From an uncultured Chloroflexia bacterium (GTDB lineage Bacteria; Chloroflexota; UBA6077; JACCZL01), in NCBI GenBank assembly GCA_963765765.1, contig CAVXYC010000001.1, forward strand, positions 192,001 through 256,000: a stretch of DNA of 64,000 nt, written 5' to 3'. Both the position numbers and the translations under genes were made by a program. A model generated the notes under the pieces. That model saw only the letters and a list, made by a program, of their open reading frames with translations, was not told the origin of the DNA and ran no database searches. This document shows, in pieces, positions 31,097 through 42,495 of this stretch (position 1 is the first letter of the stretch; each line of letters begins with the position of its first letter).

Positions 31097-31225
31097 CGTC
31101 AGGTGACGGGGAAAGTCCGGTGCGAGTCCGGCGCTGTCCCGCAACTGTGATGCCGCTCACCAGCGGCTGAGCCAGACCGCCTGCCCTGACGCTGAGCCGG
31201 AGACCCGCGAGCGACGGGGCGAGGC
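31097..31225 (+). ncRNA. Cobalamin riboswitch (compact type)
   Basis: GGGGAAAGTCCGGTGCGAGTCCGGCGCTGTCCCGCAACTGTGA and B12-box GAGCCAGACCGCCTGCC; P1 CGTCAGG/CCTGACG; upstream of cobO. Confidence 0.92.
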
Positions 31226-31280
31226 CGTATCGCCGGATACGTCGCTCACCCCTTGTTTCACGGACGAGGGGTGTTTTGTT

Positions 31281-31845
31281 GTGACCGAGAATCGACGCAA
31301 GCCGCGCCAGCACAAGGGCCTGGTCATCGTCAATACCGGCAACGGCAAGGGCAAGACCACCGCGTCCATGGGGCTGGCGATCCGCGCCGCCGGAAATGGC
31401 ATGAAGGTTCTCATCGTCCAGTTCATCAAAGGTCGCTGGAAAAGCGGTGAGCGCGAGGCGCTGAAGCACATTCCCGGCATCGACGTGTATGTGATGGGCC
31501 TAGGATTCACGATCGACCGATTGCGGGACGAGCGAACCACAGACGAAGAGCATCAAGCAGCGGCGTCCGAAGCCTTCACTTTTGCGCGCGAGCGAATGCT
31601 CTCTGGAGACTACGCGATGATCGTCCTGGACGAGATCCTTGGATCGATCAAAGCGGGTCTCATAACCCTTGACCAGGTGCTCGAGCTCATCCAGGAGCAA
31701 GCCGCCGGCATCCCATCTCGTCCTGACCGGGCGCAACGCGCCGGATGCGCTGATTGATGCGGCCGATCTGGTTACGGAGATGCGTGAGGTCAAGCATCCC
31801 TACAAGCTTCAGGGAATTACGGCCCAGCGCGGGATCGAGTTCTAA
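31281..31845 (+). CDS. cobO: Cob(I)yrinate a,c-diamide adenosyltransferase (frameshift near 31700)
   Basis: [44 protein letters not shown]. Confidence 0.93.
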
Positions 31846-31868
31846 TGGCCTTGAAGCGATAACCGCGC

Positions 31869-34800
31869 ATGATTCTCATCCTCACCACCGCCGATACGGA
31901 GATCCTGGCATTGAGCCAGGCAGTAGGGGCGCTTCCGAATGGTTTCCCGCCGGTGCGTGCCGCGAATCCGGCCTCGCTCGACGCCGACGACGTTCAGCGA
32001 CTGGTGGTGCAGATGGAGGCGCGCCTTGCGGTCGTCCGCCTCCTTGGCGGCATCCGCGCCTGGGACGACGGCTTTCGGCGTCTGCAGCGAGTCTGCGGTG
32101 AGCGCGGAATCCCGTTGATCGCGCTGCCGGGAGACCAGCAGGCAGATGCGCAGCTTGCCGCCGCTTGCACCGTATTGCCCGAGATCAGCCAGCGCGCCTA
32201 CGAGTACTTTCAGCATGGCGGCGCGGCCAACATGTTGCACCTGCTGCTCTATCTGGCAAACAGCACGCTCGGCGCGACATACGATGTCCAACCGGCGCGT
32301 GAGCTTGCCTGGGAGGGCGTGTATCATCCCGAGCTGGGCGGCGAGACGACGCTCGAAGCGCTCACGGAGCGCTGGTGCCCAGAGCAGCCAACCGTTGGCA
32401 TCGTGTTCTATCGCGCCCACTGGATGAGCGGAAACCTCGCCTGGCTGGACGCGCTTGTCCACGCGCTCGAGTCCGTCGGTGCAAACGTGCTGCCGCTGTT
32501 CTGCTACAGCATGCTCCATGGCGCACAACGTGACTCCGAGTCGCTGCCGCCCGTGGTGCAGAACTACCTGGTGGATGACCAGGGAAGAACACGCGTCGAT
32601 TCGCTCATCAGCACGCTCAGCTTTTCGCTTGCTCGGGTGACCGTGCAGGGCGCGGCCCTGGCGGACGGGTGGAGCGCCGAGTTGCTGGACGCCCTGGACG
32701 TGCCGGTGCTGCAGGCCATCGTTTCCACGAGCTCGCGGGAGCGCTGGCAGGGAAGCAGCGGCGGCCTCAGTCCCATCGATACCGCCATGAATGTGGCCAT
32801 GCCAGAGTTCGACGGCCGCATCATCACCGTGCCGATCTGCTTCAAGGAAACCGTGCATCAAGATCCGCGGATCGGTGGCGCGGTCTCTCGTTACGTGCCA
32901 GATGAAGAGCGCGTTGCGATGCTTGCATCCATGGCCGTTCGCTGGTCAAACCTGCGCAAGAAACCCCTTGCAGAGAAGCGCGTAGCATTCGTTCTCAGCA
33001 ACTATCCAACCCGCAACGCCCGCATCGGCAACGCGGTGGGCCTGGACACACCGGCGTCGCTGCTGAATATCCTGCGCGCGATGAGGGACGCTGGATACAG
33101 CACCGGCGAGCTTCCGGAAACCGGAGATGCACTCATCCACGCGCTGATTGATCGCTGCTCCTACGATACGGAGTTTCTCACCGATGCCCAGGCCCGCAAC
33201 GCGCCCGGTCAGGTGCCAGCCAAGCAGTACGCTGGCTGGTTCGACGGCTTACAGTCATCCGTGCAGACCCGGCTCCGCGACGCGTGGGGCGAGCCACCCG
33301 GCACGGTGTACACGGTCGATGAGAGGCTGATGATTCCGGGGCTGATCTTCGGCAACGTTTTCGTTGGGATCCAGCCGCCACGTGGGTTCGGTGAGAACCC
33401 GGTGGCGATCTATCACAACCCCGATCTTCCGCCCACGCACCATTATCTGGGCTTCTATCGATGGCTGCGCGACGACTTTGGCGCCGACGCGGTGGTACAT
33501 GTTGGTAAGCACGGGACGCTCGAGTGGCTACCGGGCAAGGCTGTTGGCCTGTCCGCCGAGTGCTACCCCGACGCGGTCTTGCAGGACCTACCGCATTTCT
33601 ATCCGTTCATCGTCAACAACCCTGGCGAGGGCGCGCAGGCCAAGCGTCGGGCCCACGCCACCATCATTGACCATCTCATTCCGGCCATGACCACCGCCGA
33701 GAGCTACAACGAGATCATGGCGCTCGAGCAGTACATGGACGAGTACTACCAGGTGCAGACGCTTGACCCTGCAAAGCTGCCGATGATCCAGACAGCGTAT
33801 CTGGGAGATCGTCCAGTCGGCCCGGCTGGACGAGGATCTTGGTGAACATCACGTCCCGCAAGACTTCGATGCGTTCTTGCTCCATCTCGACGGGTATATC
33901 TGCGAGCTGAAGGACGCACTGATTCGCGATGGCCTGCACATTCTCGGTGAAGCCGCCGAGCGGTGAGCAGGAGGCGGGCCTGTTGCTGGCGCTGACTCGA
34001 TTGGAGAACCCGGGAGTGCCGAGTCTGCGGTCTGCCATCGCTTCAGCGGCTGGGTTGGACTATTTCGTTCTGGAGCAGGATCCGGGACAGCCGTTTGTCG
34101 GTGCGCTACCCGAGATGCTGGATGGGATCGCTGATCACGATTCTGTGCGACTGAATGGGGATGTGATCGAGAGGATCGAGGCGGTGGGTCGGGAGCTGAT
34201 TGAGGGGATACAGCAAGGAGGCGGTCCCCAGCCCAATCTCCCTCGCCCTTTGGGAGAGGGATGGGGTGAGGGGCGCGACGTGCGGGATGTCGCTCCCCTC
34301 ACTCCATCCCTCTCCCAAAGGGCGAGGGAGATTGGCGGTGGAGGCGGATTCATCTGTTCTCAATACCGTCCTCGATGCAATACAGCACACTCTGCGCCCC
34401 GCCCTCGCCCGCACAACTGATGAGATCACCAATCTCCTGCGCGGCCTGGATGGACGGTACGTCCCGGCTGGACCCAGCGGGGCGCCCACGCGCGGGCTGG
34501 CCAATGTGCTGCCCACGGGTCGCAATTTCTACTCCGTGGACCCGAACACCATCCCATCCACAGCAGCCTGGGAGGTTGGTCGCGGACTAGCCGATCGACT
34601 CCTGGAGCGGTATCTCGAGGACGAAGGTCGTTATCCTGATACCGTTGGGCTGGTGATCTGGGGAACGTCAGCCATGCGCACACACGGCGACGATATCGCT
34701 GAAGCGCTCTGGCTGCTTGGCGTGCGTCCGATCTGGCAAGTGGAGAATCGGAGGGTCCGCGGCCTGGAGATTATCCCGCTCGATGAGCTCGGTCATCCGC

Positions 34801-35730
34801 GGATCGATGTGACCGTGCGGATCAGCGGGTTCTTTCGAGACGCGTTCCCTAATCTGATGCACTTGATGGATGACGCGGTGCGGCTGGTGGCTGACCTTGA
34901 TGAGCCGGATGATCAGAACTTCGTTGCCGCGCACGTCCGCCGCGAGACAGCACTAGCAACCGCGCGCGGCGATGATCCCGAGTCAGCGCGCGAGCAAGCG
35001 TTGTTCCGCATCTTCGGCAGCAAGCCGGGTACTTATGGCGCAGGCATCCTTCCGCTGCTTGATGAGCGCAATTGGGAATCAGACGAAGATCTGGCCAATG
35101 TCTATCGTGCCTGGGGTTGCTACGCCTACACGCGGAACGATTACGGCCGCGAATCTCCAAAGGAGTTCGATCGGCGCTTCAGTCAAATCGTGGTGGCGGT
35201 GAAGAACCAGGACAATCGTGAGCATGACATCTTCGATAGCGATGACTACATGCAGTTCCACGGCGGCATGATCGCTACGATCCGCGCTCTTACGGGCTCC
35301 AATCCCACGCGCTACTTCGGCGATAGCGCTAATCCAGCCGCACCGCGCGTGCGCGACCTGGCGGATGAAGCGCGACGGGTGTTCCGCACACGCGTCATCA
35401 ATCCCAAGTGGATCAGCTCGGTCCAACGTCACGGCTACAAGGGCGCCTTCGAGATGGCTGCAACGATGGACTACCTCTTCGGCTATGACGCAACGGCTCA
35501 GGTGGTGGAGGACTGGATGTACGAGCGGGTGGCGCAGGCGTACGTGCTGGACCCTCAGGTGCGTCAGTTCTTCGAAGAGAAGAATCCCTGGGCTCTCCGG
35601 TCCATTATCGAGCGGCTCTTTGAAGCTAACGACCGAGGGCTCTGGGAGAATCGCACCCGACGAGATCACACAGGCGATGCGTCAAATCTATCTCGACACA
35701 GAAGGCAACTTGGAAGGAAGAAATGGCTAG
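31869..35730 (+). CDS. cobN: Cobaltochelatase large subunit (about four frameshifts; internal repeat insertion)
   Basis: [55 protein letters not shown]. Confidence 0.94.
34233..34335. repeat. CCCTCTCCC-type REP doublet inside cobN coding sequence
   Basis: CCAATCTCCCTCGCCCTTTGGGAGAGGGATGGGGTGAGGGG ... CCCCTCACTCCATCCCTCTCCCAAAGGGCGAGGGAGATTGG. Confidence 0.88.
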
Positions 35731-37714
35731 GGAGATGACGGACAATTTATCCAACGCGTCTGCCGTCCATGGTCCGCCATCCAGCCGTCCGTTATTCCCG
35801 TTCTCCGCCATCGTTGGCCAGGAGCAGATGAAGCGCGCCCTGCTTCTTAATGCGATCAGCCCGGGTATCGGCGGGGTTCTCATCCGCGGGGAAAAGGGCA
35901 CGGCCAAGAGCACCGCGGCAAGAGCGCTGGCGCGCCTTCTACCGGCGATCCAAACCGTGCCCGGCTGCCCCTTCGCCTGCACGCCGGATGCGCCATTTGC
36001 CGAGTGCCCCACGTGCGGTTCGGGTCAGACGGTGTCGGAGACTCAGGAGCGCCCAGCGCCCCTGATCTCACTGCCACTTGGTGCCACGGAGGACCGTGTG
36101 CTCGGCACCCTGGATTTGGAGCGGGCGATCAAAGAAGGTACGCGGAGCTTTGAGCCCGGTCTATTGGCGGCCGCGCATCGTGGGATCCTCTATATCGACG
36201 AAGTGAATCTGCTCAGCGACCACCTCGTAGACGTGCTCCTGGATGCCGCGGCCATGGGCGTCAACGTCGTAGAGCGCGAGGGGATCTCTGTTGAACATCC
36301 CGCGCGTTTCATGCTGGTGGGCACGATGAACCCTGAGGAGGGTGAGCTCAGGCCGCAGCTTCTTGATCGATTCGGTCTGGCCGTGGACGTGAGCGGCATC
36401 CCAGATCCGGCTGAGCGGGCGGAGATCGTGAAACGCAGGATTCGTTATGAAGCGAATCCTGCCATCTTTGCCGCGGAGTGGGAGCAGAGAGAAGATGCTG
36501 AGCGAGCACGCATTCAGGCGGCCATCGCGCTTCTGCCAAGCATCCATTTGAGCGATCGGATGCTCGCCCTGATTACTCGATTGTGCGCTGAGCTCAAGGT
36601 TGACGGTCTTCGAGCAGACATCGTGATCTATAAGGCAGCGCTCGCCATCGCAGCGTATGACGGGCGTCAGAACGTGACGGACGATGATGTGCGCCAGGCC
36701 GCCGAGCTTGCCCTTCCGCATCGACGCCGACGCGGTCCTTTCCAGCAACCTCGCCTGGATCCCGAGGAGCTTCAGGACGCGCTGGAGCGCGCCCAGCAAC
36801 CGCAGCCATCCGCGGAGACCGCGGCCGACGATCGTTCCGACGAGGACAACGAGGCTCCTGAGGAAGTGTTCGGCATAATCCCCTCGCCTCCTCTCTCGAT
36901 TCCTGACGCTCAACGTCGTTCGACGCATGCAATGGGCCGTCGCTCGAATTCGGATACGCATGAGCCGCACGGTCGCATCTCTGGCTTCTCCCCGCTTGAC
37001 CAGAGCTCGTCGCGCTCTCTAGCGCTCGGTCCCACGCTGCGGGTCGCCGCGCCGCGACAGATGGAACGCATGACGGACGGTAGCCTGGCCCTCCAGATCG
37101 CTCCTGACGATGTGCGTGTGTATGAGCGTACTGCCCAGGCCGGCAATCTGGTGCTCTTTGTCGTTGACTCCAGCGGCTCCATGGGTGCGCGCCGCCGGAT
37201 GGAATCGGTAAAGGGCGCCGTTCTCGGCATGCTGACAGACGCGTACCAGAAGCGCGATCGGGTAGGGATCATCGCGTTCCGCGGCGCACGCGCGGAGCTG
37301 TTGCTTCCTCCGACGTCAAGCGTGGAGCGTGCAGAGCGGTGCTTGAGTCAGCTCCCAACTGGCGGACGAACGCCGCTGGCCGACGGCTTACGGCTAGCAC
37401 TGGAAACCGTCGTCAGAGTGATGAGATTCGAGCCAGTGCGTCCGTTCGTCGTGCTGATCACAGATGGCCGGACCAACGTGGCGCTCCACGGTCAGGACCC
37501 TCTGACCGACGCGCGCGAGGTGGGCCAACAGATCGCGGCACTTGGAGTTGGCGGCATCGTTGTGAATACCGAGGAGGGGCGTCTGAAACTGGACCTGGCC
37601 GAGGGGCTGGCGCAAGCGTTGTCGATGCCATGCGTACCGCTTTCGGAGTTGGATTCTGCAACGCTCCTGGCAGGCCTTCAGAGTGGCCGATCGGGAGATT
37701 CGCGGTCACGCTGA
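35723..37714 (+). CDS. ChlI/ChlD-type AAA+-vWA fused chelatase subunit (probable CobN partner)
   Basis: [56 protein letters not shown]. Confidence 0.92.
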   Translation: MAREMTDNLSNASAVHGPPSSRPLFPFSAIVGQEQMKRALLLNAISPGIGGVLIRGEKGTAKSTAARALARLLPAIQTVPGCPFACTPDAPFAECPTCGSGQTVSETQERPAPLISLPLGATEDRVLGTLDLERAIKEGTRSFEPGLLAAAHRGILYIDEVNLLSDHLVDVLLDAAAMGVNVVEREGISVEHPARFMLVGTMNPEEGELRPQLLDRFGLAVDVSGIPDPAERAEIVKRRIRYEANPAIFAAEWEQREDAERARIQAAIALLPSIHLSDRMLALITRLCAELKVDGLRADIVIYKAALAIAAYDGRQNVTDDDVRQAAELALPHRRRRGPFQQPRLDPEELQDALERAQQPQPSAETAADDRSDEDNEAPEEVFGIIPSPPLSIPDAQRRSTHAMGRRSNSDTHEPHGRISGFSPLDQSSSRSLALGPTLRVAAPRQMERMTDGSLALQIAPDDVRVYERTAQAGNLVLFVVDSSGSMGARRRMESVKGAVLGMLTDAYQKRDRVGIIAFRGARAELLLPPTSSVERAERCLSQLPTGGRTPLADGLRLALETVVRVMRFEPVRPFVVLITDGRTNVALHGQDPLTDAREVGQQIAALGVGGIVVNTEEGRLKLDLAEGLAQALSMPCVPLSELDSATLLAGLQSGRSGDSRSR

Positions 37715-37905
37715 CTGCGATCGGGTAGATTAAAACATCGGCTCTAATAGCCACTCAGCACATGGCCAGCTACACTGACTGGTAATCAGGTTACGGCCGG
37801 ATCTCAGGACTGCCCGAATCGATCGAAAGGCACCGCCGGATTCCTTGACTACCCGCATATCTCGTGGCAGCCTATGCAGGAAGTACAAGATATTGTGGGT
37901 GGGAC

Positions 37906-38553
37906 ATGGCGCTTCTCATGCCGAGTCTGCTACAGCGATACGCGCTACCACCGGAAGAAATCGAGCTGCGAAGTATGCGACGTGTCGCCTCGCTTTGCCG
38001 CGGCGCGTTACCTAACGACCCCTCGGAGCAAGCCGTTGCTTTACGCATGGTCTACTCCACAGGTGATCCCACCCTTGCTTCATTAATCAAGATCAGCCCT
38101 GGGGCTGCGCGTGCCGGAGTCAACGCATTGCGCGCCGGAGCAGCCGTGGCGGTGGATGTCCGCATGGTGGACGTGGGATTGGATCGGCGACGGCTCGACG
38201 TGCTGCGCTGCCCAGTCCAGTGCGCGTTGGATTACATCCCGGAGAACGGGTCTCCTGAGCTGCCGCGCACGGCACTTGGCATGGGCGCCATTGCCAACTA
38301 CCTGGGTGGCGGCGTAGCGGTGATTGGCACGGCGCCAACGGCGTTGCTCGCGCTGCTGGACGCCGTGGATCTGGGCGCTCCACCCCCGGCGTTGGTGATC
38401 GCCACCCCGCCCGGGTTCATCGCCGCGCCCGAATCGAAGCAAGAGCTGGCCATGCGCTCAATCCCGTATATCCTCGTTCGCGGAACCCACGGCGGCGCGG
38501 CACTGGCAGTAGCAGCCGCGAATGCGCTGCTGAGGCAGGCTGTCGGGCAGTAG
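37906..38553 (+). CDS. cobH: Precorrin-8X methylmutase family protein, divergent active-site motifs
   Basis: P.EIE.RS, DVRMV..G, APTAL, PGFI.A.ESK, ANAL. Confidence 0.82.
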   Translation: MALLMPSLLQRYALPPEEIELRSMRRVASLCRGALPNDPSEQAVALRMVYSTGDPTLASLIKISPGAARAGVNALRAGAAVAVDVRMVDVGLDRRRLDVLRCPVQCALDYIPENGSPELPRTALGMGAIANYLGGGVAVIGTAPTALLALLDAVDLGAPPPALVIATPPGFIAAPESKQELAMRSIPYILVRGTHGGAALAVAAANALLRQAVGQ

Positions 38554-38667
38554 CGTCAGTCGCGGCCCATAGTGCAAGGCCTGGCAAGGCACCGCATAGG
38601 CGCGGCCAAACGCGTGTTGCCTCTCGCCGTAGAGCCTACGGCCAGCAGGTTCATCGTCTCCCGCACT

Positions 38668-38709
38668 AAGCAAGAAGCCCGGGTGAAATTTCACCCGGGC
38701 TTCTTGCTT
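38668..38709. terminator. Perfect 42-bp palindrome, probable bidirectional terminator
   Basis: AAGCAAGAAGCCCGGGTGAAA|TTTCACCCGGGCTTCTTGCTT between convergent genes. Confidence 0.75.
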
Positions 38710-38723
38710 CGCTCAGCTTGAGC

Positions 38724-40074
38724 TTACGGTGTGGGCGTATTGGTTGCGGTCGGCGAAGGTGATGGCGACGCGGTCGGCGAAGCTGTTGCCGTTACCGTAG
38801 TCGTAGCCGTAGCCCCGCTCTCGCGAACGCGGATGGTGATCCGTGTCACCGTGGCCATCTGCTCGGCGGAGTCTCGAGCTCGCGCTTCGACCACATGGTC
38901 CCCGGGGACGGTAACCATAACGTTCCAGACCTGCGCACACTCGATCTGCTCATCACAATCAAACCGATGTTCCTCTCGAAGCACCGGATCGAAGTCGACA
39001 TCATCGTTGTCGTTGTTCGAGTCGTCTTCGACTTCCCGCCACTCGATCCAATCGAGACCCTTGTCGTCGCGACCGATCACGGTGATGTTAATGGAGTCCC
39101 CGGGATCTATTGTGTCATCGTCTGTCTGGATGGCAACTGTCGGCAGTGCGTCACCAGATACCGTGGGCGCTGGGGTGCTCGTTGGCCCTGTGGCCGGCGG
39201 GGTCGTCGGAACTGAAGGTCCAGGTCCACCGAGGTCCGGCGTAAAGGCTTCGGTCATGTTTGTTCCGCTGAGCTCGCTCGGTCGGGCAAGCCAGTTGGGT
39301 GAGCCCGGGCTGTACTGTCCGATATAGGGGGTTCCGGCCATCTGTGCAGCCAGGTCGCTAGGAAGGCCGTCGCCCGTGATCACCGTCTTGAACCAGAGGG
39401 CCAGGAGAATGCGCTCCGTACAGCGGCAGCTTCCCTGGTAGTGCATGATCGACTTCTGGAACCGCTGGTAAATGAACGAGGCGTTGGCCGGGTCGGCCGC
39501 GGGCCGAGAAGTTGGAACGCCCCAGATCTCCAGGTTTAACAGCGGAAGCAGCTCAGGGTTTCCGCCACCACTCGGGGAAGGCCGTGGCAAGATCAACGGT
39601 ACTCATGAACGTATTGAAGAAATTCACTGGCTGCCCGTTGAACTCATTTGGCGCGTTTGCACGCACAAATTCAACGACCGCGTTGGGATAGCCGGGCTGG
39701 CCAACCTGCGGAGCCGCCTGGGCCATAGCTGGATCGTTGGCTGGGAACGTTGATCCGTTCACGCGCGTCACCGGCATCAGCCCTTCCTGAAGAAGGTTCA
39801 TGGTGACGACACTACCATCAGGCAGGAGCTGCATGATGTGCCCCTGGAAGAACTGCACCTGGAATCCAAGGAAGGGGAACTCCCGCGAGATCGGGAATCC
39901 AAAAGTATTCTTTCCTCCTCGGAGATTGAAGTACTCCTGGAACTTCGCATTCCGGATGCAGAAGCCTGACTCGTTGAAACAGGTGCCCTGCGCCTCGGTC
40001 GACTGGCCACTGGGCCAGAGTGCGGCCCCGATCATCAAGCCTAAAAAGGCAAGCAATATAATCACGCGCTTCAT
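38724..40074 (-). CDS. Chloroflexota-type secreted protein with Ig-like domain and Thr/Pro linkers (frameshift near 39570)
   Basis: Signal peptide, CFNESGFCI, FGFPISREF, IWGVPTS.P..DP.N..FIYQRFQ. Confidence 0.75.
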
Positions 40075-40219
40075 GACACGCCTCCGAACTTAGACTTCCC
40101 TGCAAGAATGGTGCCGATATTCGAATGCCAATCGCCGGATACACGACCTCCACGGAGCGTATCCCTTCCTCTTGTTAACGGCTGCAGGCGCGAACGGTTG
40201 GCGGGAGGCGCTACTGACG

Positions 40220-41404
40220 TTAGTCGGCCAGGAGCTGGCGCGCGATCACGAGTCGCTGGATCTCGCTCGTGCCCTCATATATCGTGGTGATCCGGGCGTC
40301 CCTGAAGAGCTTCTCCACAGGATATTCACGCGAGTACCCATAGCCGCCGTGGATCTGCACAGCCCGATCAGCGCAGAAATTGGCCGCTTCACTTGCGTGA
40401 AGCTTCGCCATGCTGGCTTCTTTGGTAATGGGCAGGCCGGCCTGTCTCAAACGAGCGGCCCGGAGAATGAGCAGGCGCGAGGCTTCCACCTTTAGTGCCA
40501 TTTCTGCCAGCATCCATTGGATGGCCTGGAAGTCAGCGATCCGACGATCGAACGCTTTGCGGTCCCTGGCATAGGTCAATGACTCATCGAGCGCGCGCTG
40601 AGCGATCCCCAGCGACTGAGCAGCAATGCCGATGCGGCCGGCGTCAAGCGTGGCCATGGCGATGCGAAAGCCGAGATCCACGTCACCTAACACCGCGTCG
40701 GACGAAACGCGGCAATCCTCCAGGAAGACGAGCCGCGTGGTTGAGGCCTTGATTCCGAGCTTCTTTTCCGGTGCGCCGAGTCGAAGTCCCGGATTATCCG
40801 CCTCGATGAGGAACGCCGAGACATTTCTGCCCTTTGGCTTCTCTGGATTGGAGATCGCGTAGACCAGATAGACACCAGCTTCACCTGCATTGCTGATCCA
40901 CGCTTTGGTTCCGTTGAGAATCCAATCGTCACCGTTTCGAGTCGCCCGAGTTTGCATGCCAGCCGCGTCCGATCCAGACCCGGGCTCGCTGAGGCAATAG
41001 GATCCGATCCATTCGCCGCTGGCGAGCTTCGGGAGATAACGGTCTTTCTGGGCAGCGCTGCCGAATCTCAGAATGGGCTCGGCCACGAGAGACAGGCTCA
41101 CCGACAGCGCCAGCGCATGCACCGCGTCCGCCCGAGCGATCTCTTCCATCGCCAGCGCACTCTCCACGGATCCTGCGCCCACCCCACCGTATTCTTCCGG
41201 CAGCGTGAGGCCGAAGAGCCCGAGGTCCGCCATCCCCTTGATAGTTGCATGCGGGAACTCACCCGATTCGTCATGCTCCGCGGCGATGGGCATGATCTCC
41301 TGCTCCGCAAACTCCCGGACGGTGCGCCGGAACAAGTCCTCATCGTCACTCAAGCCGTACGAGTCTTTAAACGAGAGTTTCGGGGTGCTCCCTGACTGGG
41401 TCAT
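40220..41404 (-). CDS. Acyl-CoA dehydrogenase
   Basis: LSEPGSGSDA, LNGTKAWISN, KKLGI..S.T, GRIGIAAQ, HGGYGY, IYEGTSEIQR. Confidence 0.95.
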   Translation of the reverse strand: MTQSGSTPKLSFKDSYGLSDDEDLFRRTVREFAEQEIMPIAAEHDESGEFPHATIKGMADLGLFGLTLPEEYGGVGAGSVESALAMEEIARADAVHALALSVSLSLVAEPILRFGSAAQKDRYLPKLASGEWIGSYCLSEPGSGSDAAGMQTRATRNGDDWILNGTKAWISNAGEAGVYLVYAISNPEKPKGRNVSAFLIEADNPGLRLGAPEKKLGIKASTTRLVFLEDCRVSSDAVLGDVDLGFRIAMATLDAGRIGIAAQSLGIAQRALDESLTYARDRKAFDRRIADFQAIQWMLAEMALKVEASRLLILRAARLRQAGLPITKEASMAKLHASEAANFCADRAVQIHGGYGYSREYPVEKLFRDARITTIYEGTSEIQRLVIARQLLAD

Positions 41405-41499
41405 ATCTCAGCTCCTTCAATGCTGCAGAGGACGTAGGGGCAGAAGCGACGCACGGGACTGCCGGGACTCTTGTTGTCCCATAGATCCTTCGCGTTTGT

Positions 41500-42495
41500 T
41501 CAGAATGCTGAGAGCTTGCGAACCGCCTCGATGACCCATTGCGGGTTGGGAATCACGGCGTTCTCTTCGGGACCGTTATAGGCCAGGTGGCTATCCAGCG
41601 CGGCCACGCGCATGATCGGGCCATCCAGGTCCATGAACAGCTCTTCGCCAATGAAGGCCGCGATCTCGGCACCGAAGCCCATGGTCTTGTTGGCTTCGTG
41701 CAGGATCACGACCTTGCCGGTCTTCTTCACGGTAGACGCTATGGCTTCCGTATCAAGTGGAACAAGCGTACGCAGGTCGAGGATCTCCAGTGAGATGCCC
41801 TCCTGCTCCAGGGTCAAGGCGGCCTCGCGCGCGTGGTGGACACCCACTCCATAGGTGACGATTGAAATATCGCTGCCGGGGCGATCGATCCGCGCCACCC
41901 CAATAGGAATGACTTCTTCCGCGGGAACCACCTCGCGATAGCGACGGTAGCTCTTCTTGTGTTCGAAGAAGATCACCGGGTCATCATCGCGCACGGCCGC
42001 CTTGAGCAATCCCTTGGCATCACGCGGAGTGGCCGGCACGACGACCTTGAGGCCCGGCGCGTGGCAATAAAACGTCTCTGTGCTCTGTGAATGGTAGATG
42101 CCGCCGCTCACGCCTCCGCCAAACGGCGTGCGGAACACCGCCGGGCAGCCAAATCCGCCCACGCTTCGCCATCGTAGAGTCGCAGCCTGGCTGATGATCT
42201 GATCGAAAGCCGGATGCATGTAATCGGCGAACTGGAATTCGGCCACGGGCCGCAGCCCCATCATGGCCGCGCCTATCGCGACGCCGGCAATGCCGATCTC
42301 GGCAATGGGTGTGTCCACTACGCGCAGTGGACCAAACTGGCGCTGGAGTCCCTGAGTGGCGCGGAAGACCCCACCCTTCTTGCCAACGTCCTCACCCATC
42401 ACGACGACGGTTGGATCGCGGTCCATTTCCTCGTGAAGCGCCTCGTTCACGGCCTCCACCATCGTGATTCCGCCCTCAGTGATCAAGTCAGTCAT
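41500..42495 (-). CDS. 2-oxo-acid dehydrogenase E1 beta subunit
   Basis: GEDVGKKGGVFRAT, DTPIAE, EFQFADY, YHSQS, FFEHK, DLRTL.PLD. Confidence 0.93.
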   Translation of the reverse strand: MTDLITEGGITMVEAVNEALHEEMDRDPTVVVMGEDVGKKGGVFRATQGLQRQFGPLRVVDTPIAEIGIAGVAIGAAMMGLRPVAEFQFADYMHPAFDQIISQAATLRWRSVGGFGCPAVFRTPFGGGVSGGIYHSQSTETFYCHAPGLKVVVPATPRDAKGLLKAAVRDDDPVIFFEHKKSYRRYREVVPAEEVIPIGVARIDRPGSDISIVTYGVGVHHAREAALTLEQEGISLEILDLRTLVPLDTEAIASTVKKTGKVVILHEANKTMGFGAEIAAFIGEELFMDLDGPIMRVAALDSHLAYNGPEENAVIPNPQWVIEAVRKLSAF

